This document shows positions 1 through 9,996 of a DNA stretch of 64,000 nt, in pieces. The notes under the pieces are model-generated. The model was given only the letters and a program-made list of their open reading frames with translations. It did no database searches and was not told the origin of the DNA. The stretch is from Chlorobiota bacterium (lineage in GTDB: Bacteria > Bacteroidota > Ignavibacteria > OLB7). The first letter of the stretch is position 1; each line of letters begins with the position of its first letter. The position numbers were made by a program, and so were the translations under genes. Where the stretch lies: assembly GCA_016788565.1 (NCBI GenBank), contig JAEUSP010000064.1:289-64288 (forward strand), given 5' to 3'.

Positions 1-3000
1 CGACAACCAAGCATTTGAGATTCGGGTTGACAATGGAGGCACCGCCACCGAAGGCCGCCGCCGGGTGATGCGGTATGAGCCGAACGTCACCAGCGCGAAC
101 ATCATCGGTGGGTTCAACGGAAACAGCGTGACCAGCGGAGCCGTTGGCGCGGTGATTGCTGGTGGCGGAGGAAATGGGAACACAAACGTAGTGACCGATA
201 ATTATGGAGTAGTAGTTGGCGGGTTCAACAACCGCGCTGGCGATAATGCTGGGCTTACAACCAGTGCAACGCACGCAATAGTGGGGGGTGGCATGAACAA
301 CATTGCATCAGGATTCGCAGCAATGGTTGCTGGCGGTACCGATAACACAGCATCGGGCTTTACTTCGGTTGTGGGTGGTGGCAATTTCAACACTGCATCA
401 ACTGTTTCGGCAACGGTTGGTGGAGGCGCAAGCAACAATGCGTCGGCAATTTTTGGGACGGTTGCTGGCGGAAACAGCAATACCGCATCAGGAAATTATG
501 CAGCGGTAGGAGGAGGCTTAAGCAACATAGCCTCGGCAGAAGGAGCCACGGTAAGTGGTGGTGTGAACAGCGCAGCAGCGGGGATTTCTTCAACGGTAGC
601 TGGTGGCAGTACTAACGAGGCGTTGGGAGATTATGCCACGATCAGCGGTGGTGCAAACCACATAGCAACCGGAAATTCTGCGACGATTGCAGGCGGTCAG
701 GTCAATACGGCATCGGGTCAATACTCTACGGTTGGTGGTGGTCGAGACAACATGGATTCCGGCGATTACTCCACTATTGCTGGTGGTCGCGGCCTAACGT
801 TTACTCCAACTGCCGACCGCAGCTTCGGATTCCATGCCAACAACAGTGGCGGAGGGGTGCCGATGACCATCTCCGCCCCCGATGTCGCCGTCTTTGGCAA
901 CACCGATTTGTGGCTTGCCAACAACGATGGCGCAGCAAGCGAACTCCGTTTCTTTGAAGACTACAGCGGTTCTGGCGCGTTCCCCAACACCGCCAACTAC
1001 ACCGCCTTCAAGGCGCAGGCGCAAACAGGAAATATCACCTACACGCTTCCAGCCTCGGCTGCAGCAAGCAATGGTGATATTCTGACATCAACCACAGGCG
1101 GGGTGATGAGTTGGGCCGACGCAGATTCCATCGTGACCGCCAACGCATGGAGCCTAACCGGCAACAGCATCACCGGAAGCGAATTGCTGGGAACCACCAA
1201 CGCCCAAGACCTGAACATCATTGCTGGCAACACAACCCGCATCACCGTTGATGATGCAACGGGGAATGTTGGCGTTGGCGGAGCGTTCTCAGGAACCGAC
1301 AAACTGAGCGTCACCGGAAATATCAACACCAGCACGCAGTACAACATCGGCGGGGCGCGGGTGCTAAGTGTGCCGGGCACGGCTAACGCATTTGTGGGAG
1401 TGGGAGCAGGCACAGCAAACACCAGCGGCAACAACAATGCCTTTGTTGGCAACAATGCAGGCACAGCAAACACCACTGGTTTCCAGAACTCATCGCTCGG
1501 TTCAGGTGCATTGCAAAGCAACATTGGCGGTAGCACCAACTCCGCAGTTGGATATCAAGCATTGTTCAGTAATAACAGTGGCTCCAGCAACTCGGCACTT
1601 GGGGCAGTTGCCTTGCAAAACAACACTACCGGAGGGAACAACTCTGCGGTTGGTGCCAGTGCATTAGCCAACAACATTGGTGGCAGCAACAACTCAGCAG
1701 TTGGTGCAAACGCATTGCAGGCGAATACTGGCGGCAACAGCAATGCGGCCGTTGGCGCAAACGCATTGCAAGCCAACGTATCTGGGGATGGCAACGCGGC
1801 GTTGGGCGCAAACGCACTGCAAGCAAACACTGCCAGCGACAACACCGCCGTTGGCGCAAGCGCGCTAACCGCAAACACCAGCGGCGTGCGCAACACCGCC
1901 GTTGGGCGCGACGCGCTTGCCGCCACCACCACCGCGGGCGACAACACCGCCGTTGGTTATCACTCACTACAAGCATCAACTGGCGGGTTAAACACAGCGG
2001 TGGGTTCAAACGCATTGGCGGCAAACACCACCGGCACCGATAACGTTGCTGTTGGCGCAGCCGCGCTTGATGCAAACACCACTGGCATCGGCAACATTGC
2101 AATCGGCAAGGATGCGTTGGGGGCAAACATTGGCGGATCGAAGAACACCGCCGTGGGGGATAGCGCGTTGCTACGGAACACCAGCGGCTTCAGCAACACC
2201 GCCGTTGGCGACAGCGCGTTGCTGAACAACACCACCGGCCAGAACAACACCGCCGTTGGCGCGCTAACGCTGGCCAACAATGCTGGCGGGCAATCCAACA
2301 CTGCTGTTGGCGTGGGCGCGTTGCGCGCAAACACCAGCGGCATTGCCAACACCGCTGCCGGCGCAGGGGCATTGGGGGCAAACACAACATCGCTTGGCAA
2401 CACCGCTTTTGGTGTTTTGGCATTGGGAGCCACAACCACCGGGGGGGGCAATACTTCGGTTGGATTCTTTTCGCTGGCAAGCAACAGCACGGGGGCTGGC
2501 AACACCGCCGTTGGGCAAGGGGCGTTGCAATCAACCACCGCAAGCAACAGCACGGCGGTTGGTTTCCACGCATTGAACGCCAACACCACTGGCATTGCCA
2601 ACACAGCCGTTGGCGATAGCGCACTGCTACGCAACACCAGCGGCGTGCGGAACACCGCCATTGGCGATAGCGCGTTAATCAACAGCACCCAGGGCCAGGG
2701 GAACACCGCCGCTGGCGCAATGGCGCTTGCAGCCAACACCACCGGAAGCGGCAACACTGCCATGGGGGTTATGGCGCTTCAGAACGCTGCCAGCAATGTG
2801 AACACTGCGTTCGGTGCGCAAGCCGGTTTGGCCATCACAAGTGGCGGATTCAACACCTTTGTTGGATACCTTGCCAACGCAAGCAGCGGCACGCTAAACA
2901 ACGCAACTGCTATTGGCGCACAAGCGATGGTGGGCCAAAACAACAGCGTGGTGATTGGCTCCATCAACGGAGTAAACGGTGCGGCCGCCGATGCCAGCGT

Positions 3001-6000
3001 TGGCATTGGGACCACCACACCGAACTCAACCAGCCGACTGCACGTTGCTGGCACAGGTGGCACAGCCAACGTTCGGATGGGATCGCTTGGGGGCGCAGCG
3101 GTGGCAACCCCCTACTCACCCGGCGCAAACGATGGCATTGTGGTTTCCGACAACAATGGCGATTTGCTGAAACGTTCCGTTGGCAGCGTCCTGGGGGGAA
3201 GTGCTGTTCTCTACAACGTCAGCGCAACACAAAGCACCGCATCGCCACGCACTAACTACCTCTATGATGTTGCGTACGATGCAGCCGCCCCCGACGCAGC
3301 ATCAGTAGGCGCACGAATCACCTCCAACGCTGGCGCGGCGGGCAACCTGAACGCAACCGCGCTAACGCTGGTGGCAATGCCCACTGGCAGCGGCACAGCA
3401 ACGGCGCTGGAGGCAACCGGAAATATCAACACCAACACCCAATACAACATCGGCACCAACCGTGTGGTAAGCGTCTATGGAACGAACAACGTGTTTGTTG
3501 GCGTGGGCAGCGGCACGGCAAACGATAACTCCGTAACTGGCGGCACAGCCAACACCTTTGTTGGATTCAATGCCGGAACCGCAAACACCACCGGCGACAA
3601 CAACACTGCCGTTGGCAACGGCGCGCTCCACTCCAACACAACAGCGTTTGCCAACACCGCAATCGGCCAAAACGCATTGGGGGGAAACAGCACCGGCACA
3701 CTGAACACCGCTGTTGGCCTGAACTCACTACAATTGAACGTGAGCGGTAGCTCCAACACCGCCGTTGGCGTTGGCGCATTGAACAAAACAACCGTGAATG
3801 GTGGAACCGCTGTTGGGGTGAACACACTGCTGGAAAACACCACCGGCACCGACAACACCGCCGTTGGCGTTAGCGCGCTTCAGAAAAACACAATCGGCTT
3901 CAACAACGTGGCGATGGGGGTGAACACCGTGCAGAAGAACGTAGATGGCAGCAACAACACCGGCATCGGCGCAAGCGCGTTGCTGGAGAACCTCTCGGGA
4001 AGCGGCAACACTGCCGTGGGGACCTCGGCATTGCAAGCCAATTTAGCCAGCAACAACACCGCTGTGGGTTACGGCGCGCTGGATGCAAACACCACCGCAT
4101 TCAACAACACCGCCGTTGGCAAAGATGCCCTTGGCGCAACCAGCATCGGAAACTCGAACACTGCTGTTGGTGCAAGCGCGTTGGCCGTAAACATTGCAAC
4201 GGCAAACACCGCTGTGGGTTCGGCAGCACTGCGGCAGAACACCAACGGCACAAGCAACACCGCCGTTGGCGTGAACTCACTGTTCGTGAATACGGATGGC
4301 ATTAACAACACGGCAATCGGCGTTGGCGCGTTGGGGGGAAACACCTTCGGCAACAACAACACCGCTGTTGGCCTGAACTCCCTTGTTGACAACACCACCG
4401 GAACCGATAACACCGCCGTCGGTGGGGGATCGCTGGGGGATAACACCATCGGCTTCAACAACGTGGCCGTTGGCATCAACGCAATGCAGGACAACATTGA
4501 TGGCGATAACAACGTGGCCGTGGGGGTAAACGCACTGCTGAACAACACCACCGGCGGAGGAAATACCGCGCTTGGCACAGCCGCACTTCAGGCAAATAAT
4601 GCCAGCGATAACACCGCCGTTGGCTACGGCGCATTGGACGCAAACACCACCGGCACAAGCAACACCGCCGTTGGCCGCAACGCGCTTGGCGCAACCAGCA
4701 CTGGCGGATTCAACACTGCGCTTGGCACCAACGCGCTGGCAGCAAACACCGCCAACGATAACACCGCTGTTGGCTACGGCGCATTGAACCTAAACACCAC
4801 TGGCACAAGCAACACCGCCGTTGGCAGCAGCGCGCTTGGCGCAGGCGGCACTGGTGGATTCAACACAGCAGTTGGCGCAAACGCGCTGGCGGCAAACACC
4901 GCCAACGACAACACCGCCGTTGGCTACGGTGCATTGGACGCAAACACCACCGGCACAAGCAACACCGCCGTTGGCCGAAACGCGCTTGGCGCAACCAGCA
5001 CCGGCGGATCCAACACAGCGGTTGGCACCAACGCGCTGGCGGCAAACACCGCCACAGCAAACACCGCCGTTGGCGTGGGGGCATTGGAAGCAAACACCAG
5101 CGGCACAAACAACACAGCGGTTGGGGTGAACAGTCTGTGGGTAAATACCGGCGGCAACAACAACACAGCGATGGGCGTTGGCGCGTTGGGGGGGAACACC
5201 GGCGGCGATAACAACACCGCGATTGGAATAAATGCAATGGTGACCAACAGCACCGGCGACGATAACACCGCCGTTGGCGCAAGCGCGCTAACGGCCAACA
5301 CCATCGGCGTGAACAACGTGGCAATCGGCGTTCACGCAATGAATGCAAACACCGATGGCAACCGAAACACCGTCGTCGGGTCCAGCGCGCTTCTGACCAA
5401 CAGCAACGGCGACGGCAACACCGCTGTTGGCACCGAAGCATTAAAGGTTAGCACCGCCGACAACAACACTGCTGTTGGCGATGCCACCTTGCTGAGCAAC
5501 ACAAGCGGCACGGGGAACACTGCCGTTGGTGCGCGTGCACTGGGTGCAGTTACCACTGCCGGAGCCAACACTGCCGTTGGCCTTGATGCTTTGGCAGCCA
5601 ACACCGCCGCCGGAAACACCGCCGTTGGCGCAGCCGCGCTGGTGACAAACACAACCGGCACGGGGAACACCGCCGTTGGCGTGAATGCCCTGTTTGCAAA
5701 CGTCGTCGGGGCCAACAACACTGCCACTGGCGTGGGATCGTTAGGGGCTACAACGGGGGATAACAACACCGCCACTGGGCACAATGCGTTGGTGGCAAAT
5801 ACATCCGGCGACGGCAACACCGCCGTTGGAACCAGCGCGCTTTCGGCAAACACCACCAGCAGCAACGGGACAGCAGTTGGAGACAACGCACTGCTGCTGG
5901 CAACCGGTGCCGGGAACACTGCCGTTGGTTCGTTTGCTGGTGCGGCCGTTGTGTCGGGATCAAGTAACACCTTTATTGGAGTTGGCAGCAACACCACTGG

Positions 6001-6277
6001 GGGAAGCGCGGCCACATTAACGAACGCCACTGCCGTTGGCGCAAACGCCGTTGTTGGGCAAAGCAACGCAGTGGTGCTTGGCAACAGTGCCGATGTCGGC
6101 ATCGGAACCAGCACCCCACGCGCAGCACTGGATGTGGTCTCCACAGGAGCAATGATTGTTCCAGTAGGGACAACCGCCCAACGCCCCGGAACGCCGGTGC
6201 AGGGGATGATCCGATTCAACACAACCACCGTGAAGTTTGAAGGATACGACGGAACCACGTGGGTGAACCTCAACTAA
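1..6277 (+). CDS. Giant repeat surface protein, truncated at the 5' window edge (>2090 aa). It is built from ~19-20-aa 'NTAVG-x-ALxxNTxGxx' repeats and is YadA-head (Hep_Hag)-like or tail-fibre-like, so probably an adhesin
   Basis: The reading frame of the annotated GTG at 65 stays open back to base 1 with no stop. There are hundreds of periodic NTAVG/NTAIG repeat units. Two super-modules each start with '...TGNINT(S/N)TQYNIG' and end with 'VGIGT(T/S)TP...'. The C-terminus is a non-repeat domain ('GMIRFNTTTVKFEGYDGTTWVNLN'). A strong hairpin terminator follows. Confidence 0.75.
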   Translation, partial: DNQAFEIRVDNGGTATEGRRRVMRYEPNVTSANIIGGFNGNSVTSGAVGAVIAGGGGNGNTNVVTDNYGVVVGGFNNRAGDNAGLTTSATHAIVGGGMNNIASGFAAMVAGGTDNTASGFTSVVGGGNFNTASTVSATVGGGASNNASAIFGTVAGGNSNTASGNYAAVGGGLSNIASAEGATVSGGVNSAAAGISSTVAGGSTNEALGDYATISGGANHIATGNSATIAGGQVNTASGQYSTVGGGRDNMDSGDYSTIAGGRGLTFTPTADRSFGFHANNSGGGVPMTISAPDVAVFGNTDLWLANNDGAASELRFFEDYSGSGAFPNTANYTAFKAQAQTGNITYTLPASAAASNGDILTSTTGGVMSWADADSIVTANAWSLTGNSITGSELLGTTNAQDLNIIAGNTTRITVDDATGNVGVGGAFSGTDKLSVTGNINTSTQYNIGGARVLSVPGTANAFVGVGAGTANTSGNNNAFVGNNAGTANTTGFQNSSLGSGALQSNIGGSTNSAVGYQALFSNNSGSSNSALGAVALQNNTTGGNNSAVGASALANNIGGSNNSAVGANALQANTGGNSNAAVGANALQANVSGDGNAALGANALQANTASDNTAVGASALTANTSGVRNTAVGRDALAATTTAGDNTAVGYHSLQASTGGLNTAVGSNALAANTTGTDNVAVGAAALDANTTGIGNIAIGKDALGANIGGSKNTAVGDSALLRNTSGFSNTAVGDSALLNNTTGQNNTAVGALTLANNAGGQSNTAVGVGALRANTSGIANTAAGAGALGANTTSLGNTAFGVLALGATTTGGGNTSVGFFSLASNSTGAGNTAVGQGALQSTTASNSTAVGFHALNANTTGIANTAVGDSALLRNTSGVRNTAIGDSALINSTQGQGNTAAGAMALAANTTGSGNTAMGVMALQNAASNVNTAFGAQAGLAITSGGFNTFVGYLANASSGTLNNATAIGAQAMVGQNNSVVIGSINGVNGAAADASVGIGTTTPNSTSRLHVAGTGGTANVRMGSLGGAAVATPYSPGANDGIVVSDNNGDLLKRSVGSVLGGSAVLYNVSATQSTASPRTNYLYDVAYDAAAPDAASVGARITSNAGAAGNLNATALTLVAMPTGSGTATALEATGNINTNTQYNIGTNRVVSVYGTNNVFVGVGSGTANDNSVTGGTANTFVGFNAGTANTTGDNNTAVGNGALHSNTTAFANTAIGQNALGGNSTGTLNTAVGLNSLQLNVSGSSNTAVGVGALNKTTVNGGTAVGVNTLLENTTGTDNTAVGVSALQKNTIGFNNVAMGVNTVQKNVDGSNNTGIGASALLENLSGSGNTAVGTSALQANLASNNTAVGYGALDANTTAFNNTAVGKDALGATSIGNSNTAVGASALAVNIATANTAVGSAALRQNTNGTSNTAVGVNSLFVNTDGINNTAIGVGALGGNTFGNNNTAVGLNSLVDNTTGTDNTAVGGGSLGDNTIGFNNVAVGINAMQDNIDGDNNVAVGVNALLNNTTGGGNTALGTAALQANNASDNTAVGYGALDANTTGTSNTAVGRNALGATSTGGFNTALGTNALAANTANDNTAVGYGALNLNTTGTSNTAVGSSALGAGGTGGFNTAVGANALAANTANDNTAVGYGALDANTTGTSNTAVGRNALGATSTGGSNTAVGTNALAANTATANTAVGVGALEANTSGTNNTAVGVNSLWVNTGGNNNTAMGVGALGGNTGGDNNTAIGINAMVTNSTGDDNTAVGASALTANTIGVNNVAIGVHAMNANTDGNRNTVVGSSALLTNSNGDGNTAVGTEALKVSTADNNTAVGDATLLSNTSGTGNTAVGARALGAVTTAGANTAVGLDALAANTAAGNTAVGAAALVTNTTGTGNTAVGVNALFANVVGANNTATGVGSLGATTGDNNTATGHNALVANTSGDGNTAVGTSALSANTTSSNGTAVGDNALLLATGAGNTAVGSFAGAAVVSGSSNTFIGVGSNTTGGSAATLTNATAVGANAVVGQSNAVVLGNSADVGIGTSTPRAALDVVSTGAMIVPVGTTAQRPGTPVQGMIRFNTTTVKFEGYDGTTWVNLN

Positions 6278-6309
6278 AAATTCAGTCCACCCAAAACGGA
6301 ACAACACCA

Positions 6310-6347
6310 AACGCCCTGCCGGTTTCCGGCAGGGCGTTTGAGTTTTG
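6310..6347 (+). terminator. Rho-independent terminator after the giant repeat gene
   Basis: The stem 'cgccctgccgg' pairs with 'ccggcagggcg' across a 'ttt' loop and is followed by 'tttgagttttgtgtt'. Confidence 0.6.
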
Positions 6348-6384
6348 TGTTGGGAACGCACAGAGTAAGGGCTGATAGATTCGC

Positions 6385-6450
6385 GATTCGGTGGCTCCGC
6401 TTCATACTTCGACGGAGCTCAGCATGAGCGGAGGGCTGGATTCGGAGGTT
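6385..6450 (+). repeat. Dispersed ~55-bp hairpin element (module C: 'ttcggtggctccgCTCATACTTCGACGGaGCTCAGCATGAGCGGag'), copy 1
   Basis: The same element recurs at 6626-6690 (+), 18185-18235 (-), 36105-36172 (-) and 41073-41135 (+) with more than 85% identity. It has internal inverted arms 'ccgctcat' and 'atgagcgg'. Confidence 0.8.
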
Positions 6451-6625
6451 GGCGCAGGAGGATTTTTCGGAACTCACCCCCCCCCGTCATTGCGAGGAGT
6501 CTTCGACGAAGCACCGCGAAGCAGCGGCGCAAGCCCATCTCGCGGGTTTCTGAGAGAGTATCGGACACACTGCCAGCCGCGAGATCGCCACGTCGCTATC
6601 GCTCCTCGCGATAACGATTCTTCGC

Positions 6626-6800
6626 CGTTCGGAGGCTCACGCTCATACTTCGACGAAGCTCAGCATGAGCGGAGAGCCGGATTCGTGGTGTAGCGGTCAT
6701 TGGTCATTAGTTATTTCGTGAGTTCCCGGCTCCATCTCCATCTCACTCTTCCCATCTCACTCTTCAATCTTCGCTTCGGCCCCCTCTCCCACCCGCCGAA
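6626..6800 (+). repeat. Composite intergenic element: module C copy 2, then a 'GTCATTGGTCATTAG' heptamer-type run (module A), then a 'CTCACTCTTC' run (module B)
   Basis: Direct sequence match to the modules at 21.69 kb, 36.0-36.3 kb and 40.96-41.27 kb. It lies in the long leader upstream of deaD. Confidence 0.7.
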
Positions 6801-6894
6801 AGTGAGGCAACCAGCTCTATCACATATTTGGGAGAGGGCGGGGGGTGAGGGCAGGCAGCGGCGGCGGCATCCGCTGAAAACTCTATCACTCTCT

Positions 6895-6970
6895 TCTATT
6901 CGACACTCGGCATTCGACATTCGGCATTCCAACCATTTGCCATTTGACATTCGGCATTTGACATTTCTTG
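6895..6970 (+). repeat. Degenerate tandem 'CATT(C/T)GACATTCGGCATT' repeat just upstream of the deaD start
   Basis: The sequence 'ttcgacactcggcattcgacattcggcattcc..ccatttgacattcggcatttgacatttc' shares the 'catttgacattcggc' core with the 94-bp tandem unit at 21.7-22.1 kb. Confidence 0.65.
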
Positions 6971-6995
6971 CGGGGATTCTCCGTAACATGAACCC

Positions 6996-8807
6996 ATGAA
7001 GAACAACCACACGCCAGAAACCGCAACCGAAGCAACCGATTCTTTCGCTGAAATCGGGCTGAGTCTTCCGCTGGTTCAAACGCTTACCGAGCTTGGCTAC
7101 GAAACCCCAACCCCTATCCAGCAGCAATCAATCCCGCTGCTTCTTTCCGGCAAGGACCTGATCGGCCAAGCCCAAACCGGAACCGGAAAAACTGCCGCCT
7201 TCTCACTGCCAATCCTTGACCGCTTGGACCTTAGCCGTGGCGCGTTGCAAGCGTTGATCCTGACCCCAACTCGCGAGCTGGCCATTCAAGTTTCGGAGGC
7301 AATCCACACCTACTCGCGGCATCTTGGCCGCATCCGCGTCACGCCGATTTATGGCGGCGACTCTATCCAGAAACAGATCGTCCGGCTGCGCGGGCCGATG
7401 CACGTTGTGGTTGGCACGCCCGGGCGAATTATGGATCACCTTCGGCGCGGCACACTCACCTTCAGCGCGCTCCGTTTTGTGGTGCTGGACGAAGCCGACG
7501 AGATGCTCCGCATGGGCTTCCTTGACGACGTTGAGTGGATACTTGGCCAAGCCCCAGCCGAGCGGCAAACCGCACTGTTCAGCGCCACCATGCCGCGCGA
7601 AGTCCGCCGCATCAGCGAACGCTACTTGAACCAACCAACATCGGTGGAGATCACCCACAAAACGCTGACGGTCCCTTCGGTGGAGCAGTTCTACTTCCAC
7701 GTTACCGAAAAGCAAAAGCTGAATGTGCTGACCCAACTGTTGGACACCCGCGACAGCGATGCCGAGGCGATGCTGATCTTCACCCGAACAAAAATTGGCG
7801 CGGCAGACCTCACCGAAAAACTTCAAGCACGCGGCTACGAAGCCGAGGCGATGCACGGCGGAATGAGCCAATCGCAGCGGGAAAGTGTGGTGCGCCGGAT
7901 GCGTGCCGGGCAGATTGAAATTGTGGTGGCCACCGACGTTGCCGCGCGTGGGTTGGATATTGAGCAGATTGGGTTGGTGGTGAACTACGACATCCCCGGC
8001 GACCCCGAAGTCTATGTTCACCGGATTGGCCGCACCGGGCGCGCCGGGCGTTCGGGAACCGCGTTCCTGTTCGTCACCCCGCGCGAGGAACGGCTGATGC
8101 GGGAAATCGAACGCTACACCGGGCAGCGGCTTGTTCCCAAAAAAGTCCCTTCCCGCGCCGACGTTGCCGCCCGCCGAATGGCCCTGTTCAAAGAGCGGTT
8201 GCTGAAAGCGTTGGGGGAGGAAGACCTAGACCCGTATCTCACACTGGTGGAGGAACTTGCCGAAGAGAGCGGGCGGGAATTAGCCGAGATTGCCGCCGCC
8301 GCCGCACGGTTAGCGCAAGGAGAAAAACCGATCATGGTTTCGGTTGAGCCAGAACCGCAGAATGTTCCGGGGGCCGAGCGGGGAATGGCACGGTTGTTTA
8401 TCAATGCCGGGCGCAGCGCGGGAATTGGGCCGTCGGATATTGTTGGGGCAATTGCCAACGAGGCTGGGATTCCCGGGCGCGACATTGGGGTGATTGATAT
8501 TTATGATGATTTCACGTTTGTGGAGGTTCCGGCTCACCACCGCAATCAAGTGCTGGAATCGCTGGCGGGTGCCACCATCCGCAACCGCGAAACCAATATC
8601 CGCCCAGCAACCGAGCATGATCTGAAGCCACGTCGAACGTTCAATAACAACGTTGCCGACAAACCAAAAAGGAGAGAGGAGCGGAGAACCGAGGACACTT
8701 CTGGCGGCTGGTACGAGGACATCCCCCGTAAACGGAAAGGAGCAAAACCAATAGCTGCGCACAAAAATGAAAAGCGGAAAAAAGTTGGGGGGAAGAAGCG
8801 GAGATAA
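6996..8807 (+). CDS. deaD: DEAD-box ATP-dependent RNA helicase with a C-terminal DbpA RNA-binding domain and a basic tail (DeaD/CsdA-like)
   Basis: It has the Q-motif, motif I 'AQTGTGKT', 'PTRELA', 'DEAD', 'SAT' and 'HRIGRTGRAG'. The C-terminus carries a DbpA-like domain ('ARLFINAGRSAGIGPSDIVGAIANEAGI') followed by a K/R-rich tail. Confidence 0.9.
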   Translation: MKNNHTPETATEATDSFAEIGLSLPLVQTLTELGYETPTPIQQQSIPLLLSGKDLIGQAQTGTGKTAAFSLPILDRLDLSRGALQALILTPTRELAIQVSEAIHTYSRHLGRIRVTPIYGGDSIQKQIVRLRGPMHVVVGTPGRIMDHLRRGTLTFSALRFVVLDEADEMLRMGFLDDVEWILGQAPAERQTALFSATMPREVRRISERYLNQPTSVEITHKTLTVPSVEQFYFHVTEKQKLNVLTQLLDTRDSDAEAMLIFTRTKIGAADLTEKLQARGYEAEAMHGGMSQSQRESVVRRMRAGQIEIVVATDVAARGLDIEQIGLVVNYDIPGDPEVYVHRIGRTGRAGRSGTAFLFVTPREERLMREIERYTGQRLVPKKVPSRADVAARRMALFKERLLKALGEEDLDPYLTLVEELAEESGRELAEIAAAAARLAQGEKPIMVSVEPEPQNVPGAERGMARLFINAGRSAGIGPSDIVGAIANEAGIPGRDIGVIDIYDDFTFVEVPAHHRNQVLESLAGATIRNRETNIRPATEHDLKPRRTFNNNVADKPKRREERRTEDTSGGWYEDIPRKRKGAKPIAAHKNEKRKKVGGKKRR

Positions 8808-8942
8808 AAAACAACGCCGTATTTGAACGATGCGCTTTGTAAAAGCACCTAAAATAGAGTTGTTCCGGAATAGAGACTCTGACATCACGGAGCCTTGTAG
8901 TTACTGGATTCGCGACTACGGAAAATTTATTCTGGAGCAACT

Positions 8943-9881
8943 CTAATTCACCCAATGTCTTCCTAAAACAACCTTTATTCCGAACTGGTATTGTTTCCAA
9001 TTAGTTTTTGGTATCGTTGAGGTAAAGGGAAAAGAGAGAAAAATTTCTCCCCCACTTATTGCTCCTATATATGCAGTATTCCACCCTAATGAGAGTACAC
9101 AGTTGTAGCGATTTTTGTTCGACTCCTGAAACTCTGTTTCGGTGTCAAATTGAATTGTGTCGGCATTATTGTGATATCTAACCCCATCGTTTTCATTTGC
9201 AATATGAACGAATTGGGATTTCCTGCTTGAAAGCAAATGCTTAGAATCTAATTGAATACCCACATAATAACAAGATGAAATTGATAAAATCTTTGAATTA
9301 AAAAACACTCCATAGACAGGGATAAGAAACCCAATACTTCCTGAGATGAATTTCTCATTTAGATTCAACACATTTACCTCTTTAATTGATCCTATTCTAC
9401 CTGAGTAGAGCAGGTAGGATCGAGTTGTATCAAGTGAGAATAGCATACTTTCTTGATGTTGGAATCCGCCGCCAACAAGAATGATTCCAATTGGAATTTG
9501 CTGCCGAAAAGCAATTCCTACTTCCCAATAGGAAGTTGTTGGAAAATCTGAATTTTTAAATCTTCCGTTAGGTGTAGTAATAAGTTTTTGTTGATCTTGA
9601 TAAGGATTATTTGATGAGAATGCCATTGTAGTTGGGTGAAACGAATTTGCCCGGATAGCATCAGCACAATCAATAACATCACCTCCCGAGAACCAAAACA
9701 GCAATGATTGGGCAGGATCAGGAGCCGGGAACCATCCATGGGAATAATGATCAATAGTATCCGTAAATTGATATTTCTTTGCTTCTTCGTCAATATTTTG
9801 CCATAAAGAATCAATAGACTGCGCATAAGCATCAGATAAAATCACGATGCAGGATAGGAAAAATAATAGATGTATTTGCAT
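8943..9881 (-). CDS. Hypothetical secreted protein encoded in an AT-rich island
   Basis: It has an N-terminal signal peptide (MQIHLLFFLSCIVILSDAYAQ). Local GC is roughly 35%, against about 60% in the flanks. I recognised no conserved domain. Confidence 0.55.
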   Translation of the reverse strand: MQIHLLFFLSCIVILSDAYAQSIDSLWQNIDEEAKKYQFTDTIDHYSHGWFPAPDPAQSLLFWFSGGDVIDCADAIRANSFHPTTMAFSSNNPYQDQQKLITTPNGRFKNSDFPTTSYWEVGIAFRQQIPIGIILVGGGFQHQESMLFSLDTTRSYLLYSGRIGSIKEVNVLNLNEKFISGSIGFLIPVYGVFFNSKILSISSCYYVGIQLDSKHLLSSRKSQFVHIANENDGVRYHNNADTIQFDTETEFQESNKNRYNCVLSLGWNTAYIGAISGGEIFLSFPFTSTIPKTNWKQYQFGIKVVLGRHWVN

Positions 9882-9996
9882 GGTAGCTTATATAAAACTA
9901 TGGCCGTTAGTTAATTAACAGCCATAGTTTGTCTTAAAGTTTATTCAAAAATACTCATATCTAGTTTATATGCAACATACAAGATAGACATTCTGT

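Noticed and set aside
202-6273. Numerous long antisense ORFs inside the giant repeat gene (for example 1960..2763-, 4069..4578-, 5332..6273-, 1626..2126-)
   Set aside because: They lie entirely within the repeat-coding strand's complement. They are generated by the periodic GC-rich repeat DNA, have Ala/Pro/Val/Arg/Cys-rich low-complexity translations and no start, RBS or domain support.
6391-6693. 100-aa ORF 6391..6693+ in the deaD leader
   Set aside because: It is composed of two copies of the dispersed module C repeat and linker. There is no coding signal, and the same sequence occurs in both orientations elsewhere in non-coding positions.
7203-8021. 272-aa ORF antisense to deaD
   Set aside because: It is fully embedded opposite the well-supported helicase CDS. 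Its R/H/G-rich composition is typical of GC-rich antisense frames.
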